DNA of 32,000 bases from Acidothermus cellulolyticus 11B (GCF_000015025.1 NC_008578.1:1200001-1232000); one strand, 5' to 3'. Positions 9,169 to 17,781 are shown, counted from the first letter of the stretch. The notes: generated by a model not told the origin, from the letters alone. Made by a program: numbers and translations.

Positions 9169-9211
9169 TTGACAAGCTCCAGACGCCTTCGTATCGTTCG
9201 TATACAAACGA
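9169..9211 (+). promoter_or_regulatory. Putative promoter (TTGACA-17-TATCGT) with overlapping operator-like palindrome S1 (TCGTTCGTATACAAACGA, 9194-9211)
   Basis: The -35 TTGACA is at 9169-9174 and the -10 TATCGT at 9192-9197, with a 17-nt spacer. The 18-nt palindrome (8 of 9 arm positions pair) starts inside the -10. It lies 21 nt upstream of the aldehyde dehydrogenase GTG at 9232 and is related to sites at 15514 and 17801. Confidence 0.55.
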
Positions 9212-9231
9212 CATTGAGGGAGGACCCGCGC

Positions 9232-10671
9232 GTGCGTCTGGAATTCCGCAACTTCATTGATGGCCGCGTCGTCGATCCCTCGGGGGATGAGGCTCTGCCC
9301 ATCACGGATCCGCACTCCGGTGAAATCATTGGATATTCCGCCCGCTCGAATGCGGAAGACATCGATCGAGCGTGTAGGGCCGCGGCGGAGGCCTACACCA
9401 CGTGGCGGGATACCACCCCCGCGGAACGATCTCGGGTCTTGCTGCGGATCGCTGATGACATCGAAGAGCGTGTCGAGGAGCTGGCCCGCTTGGAGAGCCG
9501 GAACACTGGTAAGCCGCTTCAGGTGCTTCGCAGCGTCGAGATACCCGCGATGGTCAACCAGATTCGGTTTGTCGCAGGAGCCGTACGAGCGCTCGTCGGA
9601 CCGACGGCCGGGGAGTATCGTCGTGGGTCGACCTCGTATCTGCGCCGTGAGCCGGTCGGTGTCGTGGCACAGATCACCCCGTGGAATTACCCCCTCATCA
9701 TGGCCGCGTGGAAGTTCGCACCCGCGATCGCGGCCGGAAATACCGTCGTGTTGAAGCCGTCCGAAACGACGCCGGTCACGACTCTGGCACTTGCCGAGCT
9801 TGCCTCGGCTCACTTGCCTCCCGGTGTCTTCAACGTCGTCTGCGGTGACGCCGCTACCGGCGCCGCACTCGCGGCACATCCCCTCCCACAGCTTGTTGCC
9901 ATCACCGGTTCCGTGGCCGCAGGCGTGGCCGTCGCCGAAACGGCGAGCCGGGATGTGAAGCGGCTGCACCTCGAACTTGGCGGCAAGGCCCCCGTCCTAG
10001 TGTTCGACGATGTCGACATTCCCAAGGCGGCGGCGGCGATCGCCGAGGCGGGGTTTTTCAACGCGGGTCAGGATTGCACCGCGGCGACGAGGGTTCTGGC
10101 CGCTCGCGACATTGCTGACGACCTGACTGCGGCATTGGCCAAAGAAGCGGCGGACATTCCGACGACCTTTGCGTACGGTGTCGAACATCCGCGCGCCTTG
10201 GTGCCCGCCCTCAACAACGTCCGGCAGTTGGAACGCGTAGCCCGGCATATCGAGACTCTGCCGCCGCATGCAGTCGTGGTTGCAGGCGGCCGCCGACAGG
10301 GCGAACGCGGTTTTCATTTCGCACCCACGGTTGTTGCACACCTTCACGAACATGACGACATCACCTGTACGGAGGTCTTCGGTCCGGTCATCACCGTCGA
10401 GACCTTCGCAACCGAAGAGGAAGCGGTCCGTCGTGCGAATGACGTGCCATACGGACTCGCATCAAGCGTGTGGACGACAGACCTGGCGCGGGCGATGAGA
10501 ATCGCGCGGAGGCTCGATTTCGGTTGCGTCTGGATCAACGAACACGGCTCACTTGTTGCCGAGATGCCTCACGGAGGCTTCAAACACTCCGGTTACGGTA
10601 AAGATCTCTCGATTTACTCGGTCGAGGAGTACACCAGGGTCAAACACATCATGGCTCGATTCGACGAATGA
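9232..10671 (+). CDS. NAD(P)-dependent aldehyde dehydrogenase, gamma-aminobutyraldehyde dehydrogenase (PatD/YdcW)-like
   Basis: The GTG at 9232 follows GAGGGAGGA (9216-9224). Motifs are ELGGKAP, FFNAGQDCTAATR (catalytic Cys), EVFGPV and a C-terminal MPHGGFKHSGYGKDLSIYSVEEYTRVKHIM. The last closely resembles E. coli PatD as I recall it. Confidence 0.85.
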   Translation: MRLEFRNFIDGRVVDPSGDEALPITDPHSGEIIGYSARSNAEDIDRACRAAAEAYTTWRDTTPAERSRVLLRIADDIEERVEELARLESRNTGKPLQVLRSVEIPAMVNQIRFVAGAVRALVGPTAGEYRRGSTSYLRREPVGVVAQITPWNYPLIMAAWKFAPAIAAGNTVVLKPSETTPVTTLALAELASAHLPPGVFNVVCGDAATGAALAAHPLPQLVAITGSVAAGVAVAETASRDVKRLHLELGGKAPVLVFDDVDIPKAAAAIAEAGFFNAGQDCTAATRVLAARDIADDLTAALAKEAADIPTTFAYGVEHPRALVPALNNVRQLERVARHIETLPPHAVVVAGGRRQGERGFHFAPTVVAHLHEHDDITCTEVFGPVITVETFATEEEAVRRANDVPYGLASSVWTTDLARAMRIARRLDFGCVWINEHGSLVAEMPHGGFKHSGYGKDLSIYSVEEYTRVKHIMARFDE

Positions 10672-12008
10672 CGGGAGATACGGTGACGTCTGACCAGACC
10701 ACGGAGTCGGCCGTTCCAGGGCCGCGCAGTGCCGAGCTGCATCGCCGGCGGGAGGCTGCGGTCGCCCGGGGCGTGAGTTCCGTTGCACCCTTCTATGTCG
10801 CCGGCGCACGCGACAGCCGGCTCGTCGATGTGGACGGGAGATCGTATATTGACCTCACGTCCGGGATTGCGGTCGCCAATGTCGGCCATGCGCCAAAGCA
10901 CGTTATCGAGGCGATTCACGCTCAGGCTGAGAGTTTTCTGCACACCTGTTTCATGGTCGCGCCATACGAGCAGTATGTGGCGGTGTGCGAACGACTGAAT
11001 GCCCTAACGCCCGGTGCATTTGCGAAGAAAAGTCTCCTGGTCAATTCAGGGGCTGAAGCGGTGGAGAACGCTGTCAAGATTGCCCGCTATGCCACAAATC
11101 GGCCGGCCGTCGTTGTCTTTGAGAATGCCTATCACGGGCGCACCAACTTGACGATGGCGATGACCGCGAAAGCGCATCCGTACAAAGACGGATTCGGCCC
11201 CTTCGCGGGTGAAATCTATCGAGCGCCGATGTCGTATCCTTTTCGCGATCCGGCAGCCATGACCGGCGAGGAGGCCGCTGCGCGCGCCATCGACGTTATC
11301 GAGCGCTACGTCGGAGCGGCACGTGTTGCATGCGTCGTCATAGAACCGATCCAGGGTGAAGGAGGATTTGTCGTTCCCGCACCCGGATTCCTACCCACAT
11401 TGCGGCAGTGGTGCAGTGAAAACGATGTCCTCTTCGTCGCTGACGAGATTCAAACCGGGTTCGGACGGACCGGGCACATGTTCGCGTGCGAGCACGAGTC
11501 CGTCGTCCCCGACATTATGATTCTCGGTAAGGCTCTGGCGGGAGGTCTGCCGCTTGCCGCGGTGACTGGCCGCGCGGATCTCGTTGATCGGGTGCATCCG
11601 GGCGGGTTGGGCGGTACGTACGGTGGAAATCCGGTCGCGTGTGCGGCGGCGCTCGCCACCCTGCACCTTCTCGAGGCAATGAATGCGCCCGCCCGCGCCC
11701 GCGGAATTGAGAAGATCATGCGGCCGCGGCTGGATGCTCTCGCAGCTCGCTATCCGTTCATTGGCGACGTTCGCGGTCGGGGTGCCATGCTTGCCCTCGA
11801 GGTGGTGCGGCCGGGCACAAAGGATCCCGATGCGGCGCGGACAGCCGATATCGTGCGTTCATCGTATGACGAAGGTCTCGCAGTCCTAAGCTGCGGTATG
11901 TACAGCAATGTACTGCGGTTTCTGCCGCCGCTGAGTATCGACGACGCGCTGCTCGTGGAAGCGATGAACCGGCTCGACCACGTCTTCGAGCGGGTAGCCG
12001 CCGCTTGA
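10668..12008 (+). CDS. Class-III PLP aminotransferase, 4-aminobutyrate aminotransferase (GabT/PuuE)-like
   Basis: The ATG overlaps the upstream stop (ATGA at 10668-10671). Motifs are SGAEAVENAVKIAR, DEIQTGFGRTG and ILGKALAGGLP (PLP lysine). Confidence 0.85.
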   Translation: MTGDTVTSDQTTESAVPGPRSAELHRRREAAVARGVSSVAPFYVAGARDSRLVDVDGRSYIDLTSGIAVANVGHAPKHVIEAIHAQAESFLHTCFMVAPYEQYVAVCERLNALTPGAFAKKSLLVNSGAEAVENAVKIARYATNRPAVVVFENAYHGRTNLTMAMTAKAHPYKDGFGPFAGEIYRAPMSYPFRDPAAMTGEEAAARAIDVIERYVGAARVACVVIEPIQGEGGFVVPAPGFLPTLRQWCSENDVLFVADEIQTGFGRTGHMFACEHESVVPDIMILGKALAGGLPLAAVTGRADLVDRVHPGGLGGTYGGNPVACAAALATLHLLEAMNAPARARGIEKIMRPRLDALAARYPFIGDVRGRGAMLALEVVRPGTKDPDAARTADIVRSSYDEGLAVLSCGMYSNVLRFLPPLSIDDALLVEAMNRLDHVFERVAAA

Positions 12009-12021
12009 GTATCGTGGTGGC

Positions 12022-12738
12022 ATGCCGACGGTCCTCTTCATCGAGCACGATCACGTTTCTCCGCCAGGCCTCCTGGGTGACGCGTTCGAGAAATGCGGCT
12101 GGGACGTCGCAGAGTTTCTCGTCGTACCGCCTGAATCATTTGACAGCCCGGCGATAGACGTCCGTTTACCGGATCCGCTGCACTATGACGCGGTCGTGCT
12201 GCTCGGTGCTCCCTGGTCGGTGTACGACGAAGCGCTGCAGGAACGGTGGGTCGGGGAGGAAATCGCGTTGGCCCGACAAGCCGACGCCGAGGGCATGCCC
12301 GTCATCGGTGTCTGTTTTGGTGGTCAGCTTCTCGCCGCCACCCATGGTGGACGGGTCGAACGCGCGGCATGCGCTGAAGTCGGCTGGACGAGGATCCATT
12401 CCCGCGTCCCGGAGTTCATTCCGGAGGGTCCGTGGCTGCAATGGCATCAGGACCGATGGCACACACCAGCGGGTGCGGCGGAGCTCGCCCATAGCCTTGT
12501 TGCGCCGCAGGCCTTCATGCTTCGGGCGAACCTCGCTGTTCAATTTCATCCCGAAGCGGATGAAACCGAGGTGGCTCTCTGGCTGGAGGCCGGAGGCGCC
12601 GATTACGTGCGCCAGCACAACCTCGACCCCGACGAACTTCTTCGGATCACTCGTCGTGAGCAGGCGCGCGCCGCTCAGTGCACCGAGAAATTGCTCAAAG
12701 GGTACTTGGAGCGTGTTCACGACCTGAACCGCCGGTGA
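12022..12738 (+). CDS. Stand-alone class-I glutamine amidotransferase-like protein (candidate gamma-glutamyl-amide hydrolase)
   Basis: The nucleophile elbow is GVCFGGQLL and the His/Glu region is AVQFHPEAD. It lies 13 nt after the aminotransferase on the same strand. Confidence 0.75.
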   Translation: MPTVLFIEHDHVSPPGLLGDAFEKCGWDVAEFLVVPPESFDSPAIDVRLPDPLHYDAVVLLGAPWSVYDEALQERWVGEEIALARQADAEGMPVIGVCFGGQLLAATHGGRVERAACAEVGWTRIHSRVPEFIPEGPWLQWHQDRWHTPAGAAELAHSLVAPQAFMLRANLAVQFHPEADETEVALWLEAGGADYVRQHNLDPDELLRITRREQARAAQCTEKLLKGYLERVHDLNRR

Positions 12739-12864
12739 ACAACGAACCGTCTGTGCACGACGGGATGACCGCGAGCCGGCTCAGGCTGGAGATAGCCCGG
12801 GACGCGACGGCAACCGGTGAGAGGAGGTGCGTGCCGTCGGCCCCGGGTTGCCTCCGGCCTTCTG

Positions 12865-14109
12865 TCACGCGAGGGTGACCCGCACCGGCATCTTCTTCAC
12901 GCCGTGGATGAAGTTGGAACGGACGTACGAGACATCACCGGCCAACTCCATGCGCTTGATTCTGGGCAGGAGCGTCTCGAACATGATCCGGATCTCCATA
13001 CGGGCAAGCTTGTTGCCGAGGCAGAAGTGTGGGCTGCCCTTCCCGAACGTCACGTGATCATTAGGATGGCGCGTCACGTCAAACCGATACGGATCCGTGA
13101 AGACCTCCTCGTCGCGGTTGCCGGACGCGAACCACATCACGACCTTATCGCCGGCGCGAATGTGCTTTCCGTGCAGCTCGACGTCACGGGTGGCGGTACG
13201 GCGGAAGTGGTACACCGGTGACGCCCAGCGAAGGAATTCCTCCACCGCTTGTGGAATGAGCTCCGGCCTGTCTTGGAGCAGGCGCATCTGGTCGGGGTTG
13301 TTGATCAGGGCGAGCATCGAGTGGCTGATCGCGTGTCGAGTCGTCTCATTGCCGGCGATGACCAAGAGTAGGAAGTAGTTGTCGAAATCACGCTGGGAAA
13401 GCGGCACGCCATCCTCGGGCATCTGGTTGACGAGCTTGCTCACCAGATCCTGTCCGCTGCGGCCGCGTCGCTGCCGGGCAAGCTCACGACCGTATTCGAA
13501 CACCTCGAGCGCCGCGGGGGAGCGGAATGGAAGATGGCGATACTTGTTGCTCTCCGGACTGTCCAGAAGAACATCCGCATAGTCCGGATCGGTGTTCCCA
13601 ATCATGCGATTGCCCCACGCGATCAGCCTTCCGGTGTGGTGTTCCGGAACATCGAGCATGCGGGCGAGAACCTGAATGGGAAAGTCCGCGCTCACCTCGG
13701 AGACGAAATCGAATTCCTTATGCCGCAGAGCCGCCTCCACGGTCGCTCTCGTCAACCCTCGAAGAAAGGACTCGTAGCCCTTGAGGGTGGTTGTTCCGAA
13801 ATCCCTGACGAGCAGACGCCGCAGTGCATGATGACGCGGTCCGTCGGTCTCGAGCATGGAGCGGCGTATCTCCATCGTCTCCTCGTCGAGTTCCTCAAGG
13901 TTGACGAACTTCTCCGAGGTGAAGGTTTCCGGGTCCCGGTCCACCGCGACGATGTCGGCGTGCCGGGTGACCGCCCAGAAGCCCTTGTTGGGCGGCGGCT
14001 CAGGATTCCAGTACACCGGTTCTTCGCGGCGGAGATAATCAAACGCAGGCCATGCGCGGTCCTGCTCGAACATGTCGAGATCGGTGAGATCGACGGTTGT
14101 TTGCTGCAC
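12865..14109 (-). CDS. Cytochrome P450 monooxygenase (resembles the actinobacterial CYP124/125/142-type group)
   Basis: The heme-thiolate loop is FGKGSPHFCLGNKLAR, the I-helix is AGNETT, and ExxR is EEFLRW. The GTG start at 14109 has GGAGGA just upstream. It lies 44 nt downstream of the GS-like gene on the same strand. Confidence 0.9.
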   Translation of the reverse strand: MQQTTVDLTDLDMFEQDRAWPAFDYLRREEPVYWNPEPPPNKGFWAVTRHADIVAVDRDPETFTSEKFVNLEELDEETMEIRRSMLETDGPRHHALRRLLVRDFGTTTLKGYESFLRGLTRATVEAALRHKEFDFVSEVSADFPIQVLARMLDVPEHHTGRLIAWGNRMIGNTDPDYADVLLDSPESNKYRHLPFRSPAALEVFEYGRELARQRRGRSGQDLVSKLVNQMPEDGVPLSQRDFDNYFLLLVIAGNETTRHAISHSMLALINNPDQMRLLQDRPELIPQAVEEFLRWASPVYHFRRTATRDVELHGKHIRAGDKVVMWFASGNRDEEVFTDPYRFDVTRHPNDHVTFGKGSPHFCLGNKLARMEIRIMFETLLPRIKRMELAGDVSYVRSNFIHGVKKMPVRVTLA

Positions 14110-14153
14110 GGGTCCTCCGGAAGTTGTGCGGTCAACGTAGGGGCAATGAGCGA

Positions 14154-15503
14154 TTAGAGGTGGTAGAGATATTCACCGACTTCCCAGTCGGTCACGTAAT
14201 GTGCGAAGCGTTCCAGTTCGTTCCGCTTATAGGTCACGAACGCCGAGATCAGGGGCTTCCCTAGGATCTCCGTGAGCTCGGTGTCCGCCTCCAGGGCGTC
14301 AAGGGCGGCTTCGAGATTCCGGGGCAGAAGTCGGGAGCGGGACGCATCGTAACCGTATCCCTCGGTCGGCGGCGGCGGCGTGAGTTTCTCTTCGATGCCG
14401 AGGTACGCGCCGGCCACGACACTTGCGATGGCGAGATAGGGGTTGGCCGTCGCGTCTCCGAGACGGACTTCGATGCGTGTGGCGTCTCCGCGTTCGGGGG
14501 GAATCCGTACCATCGTGCTCCGATTGTCCAGCCCCCAGTCAATCAACCAGGATGCGAGCGTGTCGGGACCGAACCGTTTGTAGGAATTGATCGTGGGGTT
14601 ATTGAACGCGGCGAGAGCCGGCGCATGCGCGAGGATGCCTGCAACGGCGTGTTCCGCCAGCGACGACAGGCCGGTGGGAGCCGCCTCATCAGCAAACAGT
14701 GACCGATCGCTCGGATCCACGATGGAGAAGTGGAGGTGGAATCCCGAGCCGCCCTCCTCGTTGAACGGCTTCGCCATGAAGGTGGCGTGTTTGCCGGCGC
14801 GGCGGGCTAACTCCTTGACGGCCGTGCGGAAGCGGAAAGCGCGGTCCGCGGCGTCCAATGCGTGCGAGTGGCCAATATTGATCTCAAATTGCCCGCTGAA
14901 GAACTCGTGATTGCCCGCGGTGGCGCGAATACCGTAGCGGGCGAGCTGCCTGAGAAATTCGAGGAGCAGGTTTTCTGGGTCGCCCTTGCGCCCGGCCACG
15001 TAGACGTTGCCCGGTGCCTCGCCGTACCGCCGCCAACCGGACGACGACGAGCCCTCCAGGAGGTAGAACTCCATTTCCGGACCGACGACCGGAACGAGAT
15101 TCTCGGCTTCGCATCGACCCACCACAGAGCGCAGCACTGAGCGCGGGCTCTCCGCGCATGGGCGGCCGTCGGGCTCGACGATGTCAGCCAGGACGTGGGC
15201 GACGCCGTCCTCCCAGGGAATCTTGCGAACCGTCGACAGATCCGGCTTGGCAAGGACGTCAGGCAATCCGGCGTCGAGACCGCCGGCGACCGGTACGACG
15301 TCCCCCCTCGGGCTGGTGTGGAAGACCCCGCGGCAGAACGCAATGCCGCCTTCACCCAGGTGGTGCGCAAGCGTTTCGACGACAAGATCCCGGCCGCGTT
15401 CCGTTCCGATGAGGTCCGCGTATCCGATCCGCAGAACGTCGATTCCCTCGCTGCGCAGCTGCTCCGTCAGGCGCTCGACGTTACGTTGATCGTCGGACTG
15501 CAT
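14154..15503 (-). CDS. Glutamine synthetase-like gamma-glutamyl-amine ligase (GlnA3/PuuA/IpuC/TdnQ-type family)
   Basis: The protein is 449 aa. The GS catalytic-domain signatures are KPFNEEGGSGFHLHFS, NSYKRF and RIEVRLGDATANPYLA. The ATG at 15503 has AGGAGG 6 nt upstream. The context is accessory, not the housekeeping glnA locus. Confidence 0.85.
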   Translation of the reverse strand: MQSDDQRNVERLTEQLRSEGIDVLRIGYADLIGTERGRDLVVETLAHHLGEGGIAFCRGVFHTSPRGDVVPVAGGLDAGLPDVLAKPDLSTVRKIPWEDGVAHVLADIVEPDGRPCAESPRSVLRSVVGRCEAENLVPVVGPEMEFYLLEGSSSSGWRRYGEAPGNVYVAGRKGDPENLLLEFLRQLARYGIRATAGNHEFFSGQFEINIGHSHALDAADRAFRFRTAVKELARRAGKHATFMAKPFNEEGGSGFHLHFSIVDPSDRSLFADEAAPTGLSSLAEHAVAGILAHAPALAAFNNPTINSYKRFGPDTLASWLIDWGLDNRSTMVRIPPERGDATRIEVRLGDATANPYLAIASVVAGAYLGIEEKLTPPPPTEGYGYDASRSRLLPRNLEAALDALEADTELTEILGKPLISAFVTYKRNELERFAHYVTDWEVGEYLYHL

Positions 15504-15513
15504 TCATGACCTC

Positions 15514-15537
15514 CTATCGTTTGGTACCAAACGATAG
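15514..15537. promoter_or_regulatory. Perfect 24-bp palindrome S2 (CTATCGTTTGGTACCAAACGATAG), operator-like, in the divergent GS-like / ADC-MarR intergenic region
   Basis: CTATCGTTTGGT and ACCAAACGATAG are exact reverse complements. The palindrome abuts the RBS of the GS-like gene. On the minus strand its TATCGT can serve as a -10 with TTGCTC 17 nt upstream. It shares the core GTTTGG-NN-CCAAAC with the site at 17808-17821. Confidence 0.65.
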
Positions 15538-15675
15538 AACAGACGCGGGCGGTGAGCAATAGACTGGGCGGGTCCGACACGCGGGGGAGGGCGACGGTCT
15601 CGTAACCAGATTCCGAATCGCCGTCGTACTCTTTCCGCTCGGATGACCGCTGACGACCATAGGGTAGGTGATGCG

Positions 15676-16503
15676 ATGCGGGGATTCTTTTACCCACGGA
15701 CGCCGACCGGGCAGGCGTCGATTATTCCTGCGCCGCCTTGGTATTACTCCGGGGACATGTTGACCGTTGAGTACCGGACCGATCCCGCTTTGGTGGCGGC
15801 CCTGCTGCCGCCTCCGCTGGAACCCGCTCCGGAGGATCCGGGCGCGGTCGCGATTATCTGGGCTGACTGGCAATCGTGCTCCGAAGGCGGCGCTGAGCTG
15901 CTTGATCCGGTCCGGGCACAGTACAAGGAAACGCTCGTCGTCGTCCGCTGCACGTATCGCGGTGAGATCTTTTCCCGCTGCGTCTTTATCTGGGTCGACA
16001 AGGACTTTGCCCTCGTCCGGGGGCTGCATCAGGGCTATCCGAAGAAGCTGGGCTCGATCTGGATGACACGGCCCCATCCCTACGGACGGGCCGCCCCCCG
16101 ACTCGAAGCGGGTGCCACGATAGCGGCCACGCTCGCTGCGGCGGACCGTCGGCTGGCACAAGCAGTCGTGACATTGCGCGATGTTGTCGAGGCACCCGGC
16201 TTCGTGAACAGCCATCCGATGGCACACCACCGCGTTGTCCCCGGGATAGCCAAAGGCGCGCCGGACGCCCTGAACGAGCTCATCCGATCCGCTGCCGCCG
16301 CGGTCACGGGCGGGCCCGTCTGGCGAGGTGACGCGTCCTTGGAGCTCTTTGAGTCGCCGACGGAGGAGCTTGCCGCACTCCGTGTCGATGAGATCATAGG
16401 TGGCTACTATCGGCAGGTGGGAGTCGTATGGGACGGCGGTGAGGTCCTCGCGCCGCACGGTTCGGGTGGCGGTGTACAGCCTCCCGAGGCGCGCGAATCA
16501 TAG
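15676..16503 (+). CDS. Acetoacetate decarboxylase (ADC)-family protein
   Basis: MRGFFYPRTPTG...YRTDPALVAALLPPPLEP aligns with the N-terminus of clostridial Adc as I recall it. The Schiff-base lysine context YPKKLG is conserved (HQGYPKKLGS). I preferred the ATG at 15676 (AGGGTAGG 7 nt upstream); the ATG at 15643 is an alternative. Confidence 0.8.
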   Translation: MRGFFYPRTPTGQASIIPAPPWYYSGDMLTVEYRTDPALVAALLPPPLEPAPEDPGAVAIIWADWQSCSEGGAELLDPVRAQYKETLVVVRCTYRGEIFSRCVFIWVDKDFALVRGLHQGYPKKLGSIWMTRPHPYGRAAPRLEAGATIAATLAAADRRLAQAVVTLRDVVEAPGFVNSHPMAHHRVVPGIAKGAPDALNELIRSAAAAVTGGPVWRGDASLELFESPTEELAALRVDEIIGGYYRQVGVVWDGGEVLAPHGSGGGVQPPEARES

Positions 16504-16551
16504 TCATTTCACCTCGGACCTGGTCGGCGACGGACAAGGAGGATGCGGCGC

Positions 16552-17067
16552 ATGACGGGTTATCACACCTTGGCGGAAACCGAGAAGGCCATGGCCACTC
16601 ACCTCAAAGGATTGCCGATCGACATGGCCGCCGCTGAAGCCGTCTCAAACCTTTACCGGGCGGCTAATATCGCCCGCAACCATCTCACGCAGACGGTCCT
16701 GAAAGATGTCGATCTCACCTGGACCGCATTTGTCGTCCTCTGGGTGACCTGGATGTGGGACGGCATTGAGAGCCGGCACGCTGCGGAGGAAGCCGCCATC
16801 TCCAAGGCGACCTTGACCGGCGTGGTCCAGACGTTGGAGCGTCGGGGTCTCCTTGCTCGATTCGGCGATTCCGATGATCGACGTCTGGTGCGTCTCCGGC
16901 TTACCAACGAAGGCCGGAGCCTGATGCAGAAGCTCTATCCGGTTTTCAACGCGGAGGAACAATTCATCGTATCGACATTGAGTCCGCGCGTGCGCTCCAC
17001 CATGACCCGAGGGCTGCGTGCTATCGTCGCCCATCTTGAGTCGCAAAGCGACACGCGGCGTCCATAA
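16552..17067 (+). CDS. MarR-family transcriptional regulator
   Basis: The winged-HTH region is AAEEAAISKATLTGVVQTLERRGLLARFGDSDDRRLVRLRLTNEG. The ATG at 16552 sits 9 nt after AAGGAGG (16536-16542); the ORF-track ATG at 16543 abuts the RBS. It lies 48 nt downstream of the ADC-family gene. Confidence 0.85.
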   Translation: MTGYHTLAETEKAMATHLKGLPIDMAAAEAVSNLYRAANIARNHLTQTVLKDVDLTWTAFVVLWVTWMWDGIESRHAAEEAAISKATLTGVVQTLERRGLLARFGDSDDRRLVRLRLTNEGRSLMQKLYPVFNAEEQFIVSTLSPRVRSTMTRGLRAIVAHLESQSDTRRP

Positions 17068-17752
17068 ACGCTTTGAAAATTGCCATCTGTGCTTGATCGC
17101 TCGGCGTCCCGTCTTCCGGATGCCATTGGATGCCGAGGCACCAACCCGCTTCACCGGACAGTTCGAACGCTTCCGGCGTGCCGTCCACGGCCCAGGCCAC
17201 TGGGCGAAGTCCGCGGCCCGGTCGAGCGACACACTGGTGATGAAAGCAGGACACCCACATGCTCGGCCGAGTGACGATCTGACCAAGGCGGCTGGCCGGC
17301 TCGACCGTCACGTCATGTTTACGATGACGGTGCGCCTCTTCCGCCATATCAACGACAAGGGAGCCTCCTAGGGCGACGGTCAAAACGTGAAGGCCGCGGC
17401 AGATTCCCAAGAGTGGAACCCCTCGGGCGACGCAGTGGCGTGCGCAGGCGAGATCCACCGCGTCTTGTTCGACGTCGACGTCGTACAGCGTCGGATGCTC
17501 CGCCTCGCCGTACCACTGGGGGTGCAGATCGCCGCCGCCGGGGAGCAGGACGGCGTCCGCCTCCCGGAGCCGATCCGCCAGCTCCGTTTCATCGATCGTG
17601 CCGTTGGGAGCCCAGGGCAAGAAGGACAACGGCTCGCCACCCGCCAGGTAGACGGCTTCGGCAAGGGCGCGCGCGGTGGCCAGTGCGGCAAAGCGAAGCG
17701 CAGAGGCGCGCGCCGAGAAGCGGGCCGGTATGAAGACCCGTGGACGTTGCAT
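17021..17752 (-). CDS. Gamma-glutamyl-gamma-aminobutyrate hydrolase (PuuD)-like peptidase C26 / class-I amidotransferase
   Basis: The nucleophile is GICRGLH, with CFHHQ and GIQWHPE. The C-terminal AIFKAFMDAAC resembles the E. coli PuuD tail. The 3' end overlaps the MarR 3' end by 47 nt. Confidence 0.85.
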   Translation of the reverse strand: MQRPRVFIPARFSARASALRFAALATARALAEAVYLAGGEPLSFLPWAPNGTIDETELADRLREADAVLLPGGGDLHPQWYGEAEHPTLYDVDVEQDAVDLACARHCVARGVPLLGICRGLHVLTVALGGSLVVDMAEEAHRHRKHDVTVEPASRLGQIVTRPSMWVSCFHHQCVARPGRGLRPVAWAVDGTPEAFELSGEAGWCLGIQWHPEDGTPSDQAQMAIFKAFMDAACRFATQDGRR

Positions 17753-17781
17753 GACAACGCTCCAATGCGTCTGTGCAGTTC

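Noticed and set aside
16631-16642. Partial reverse-complement matches to the 17-nt element (CCGCTGAAGCCG at 16631 and at 18441)
   Set aside because: These are only 12-nt partial matches, both inside coding sequence where they encode Ala-Ala-Glu-Ala-type runs. They are probably codon-driven coincidence.
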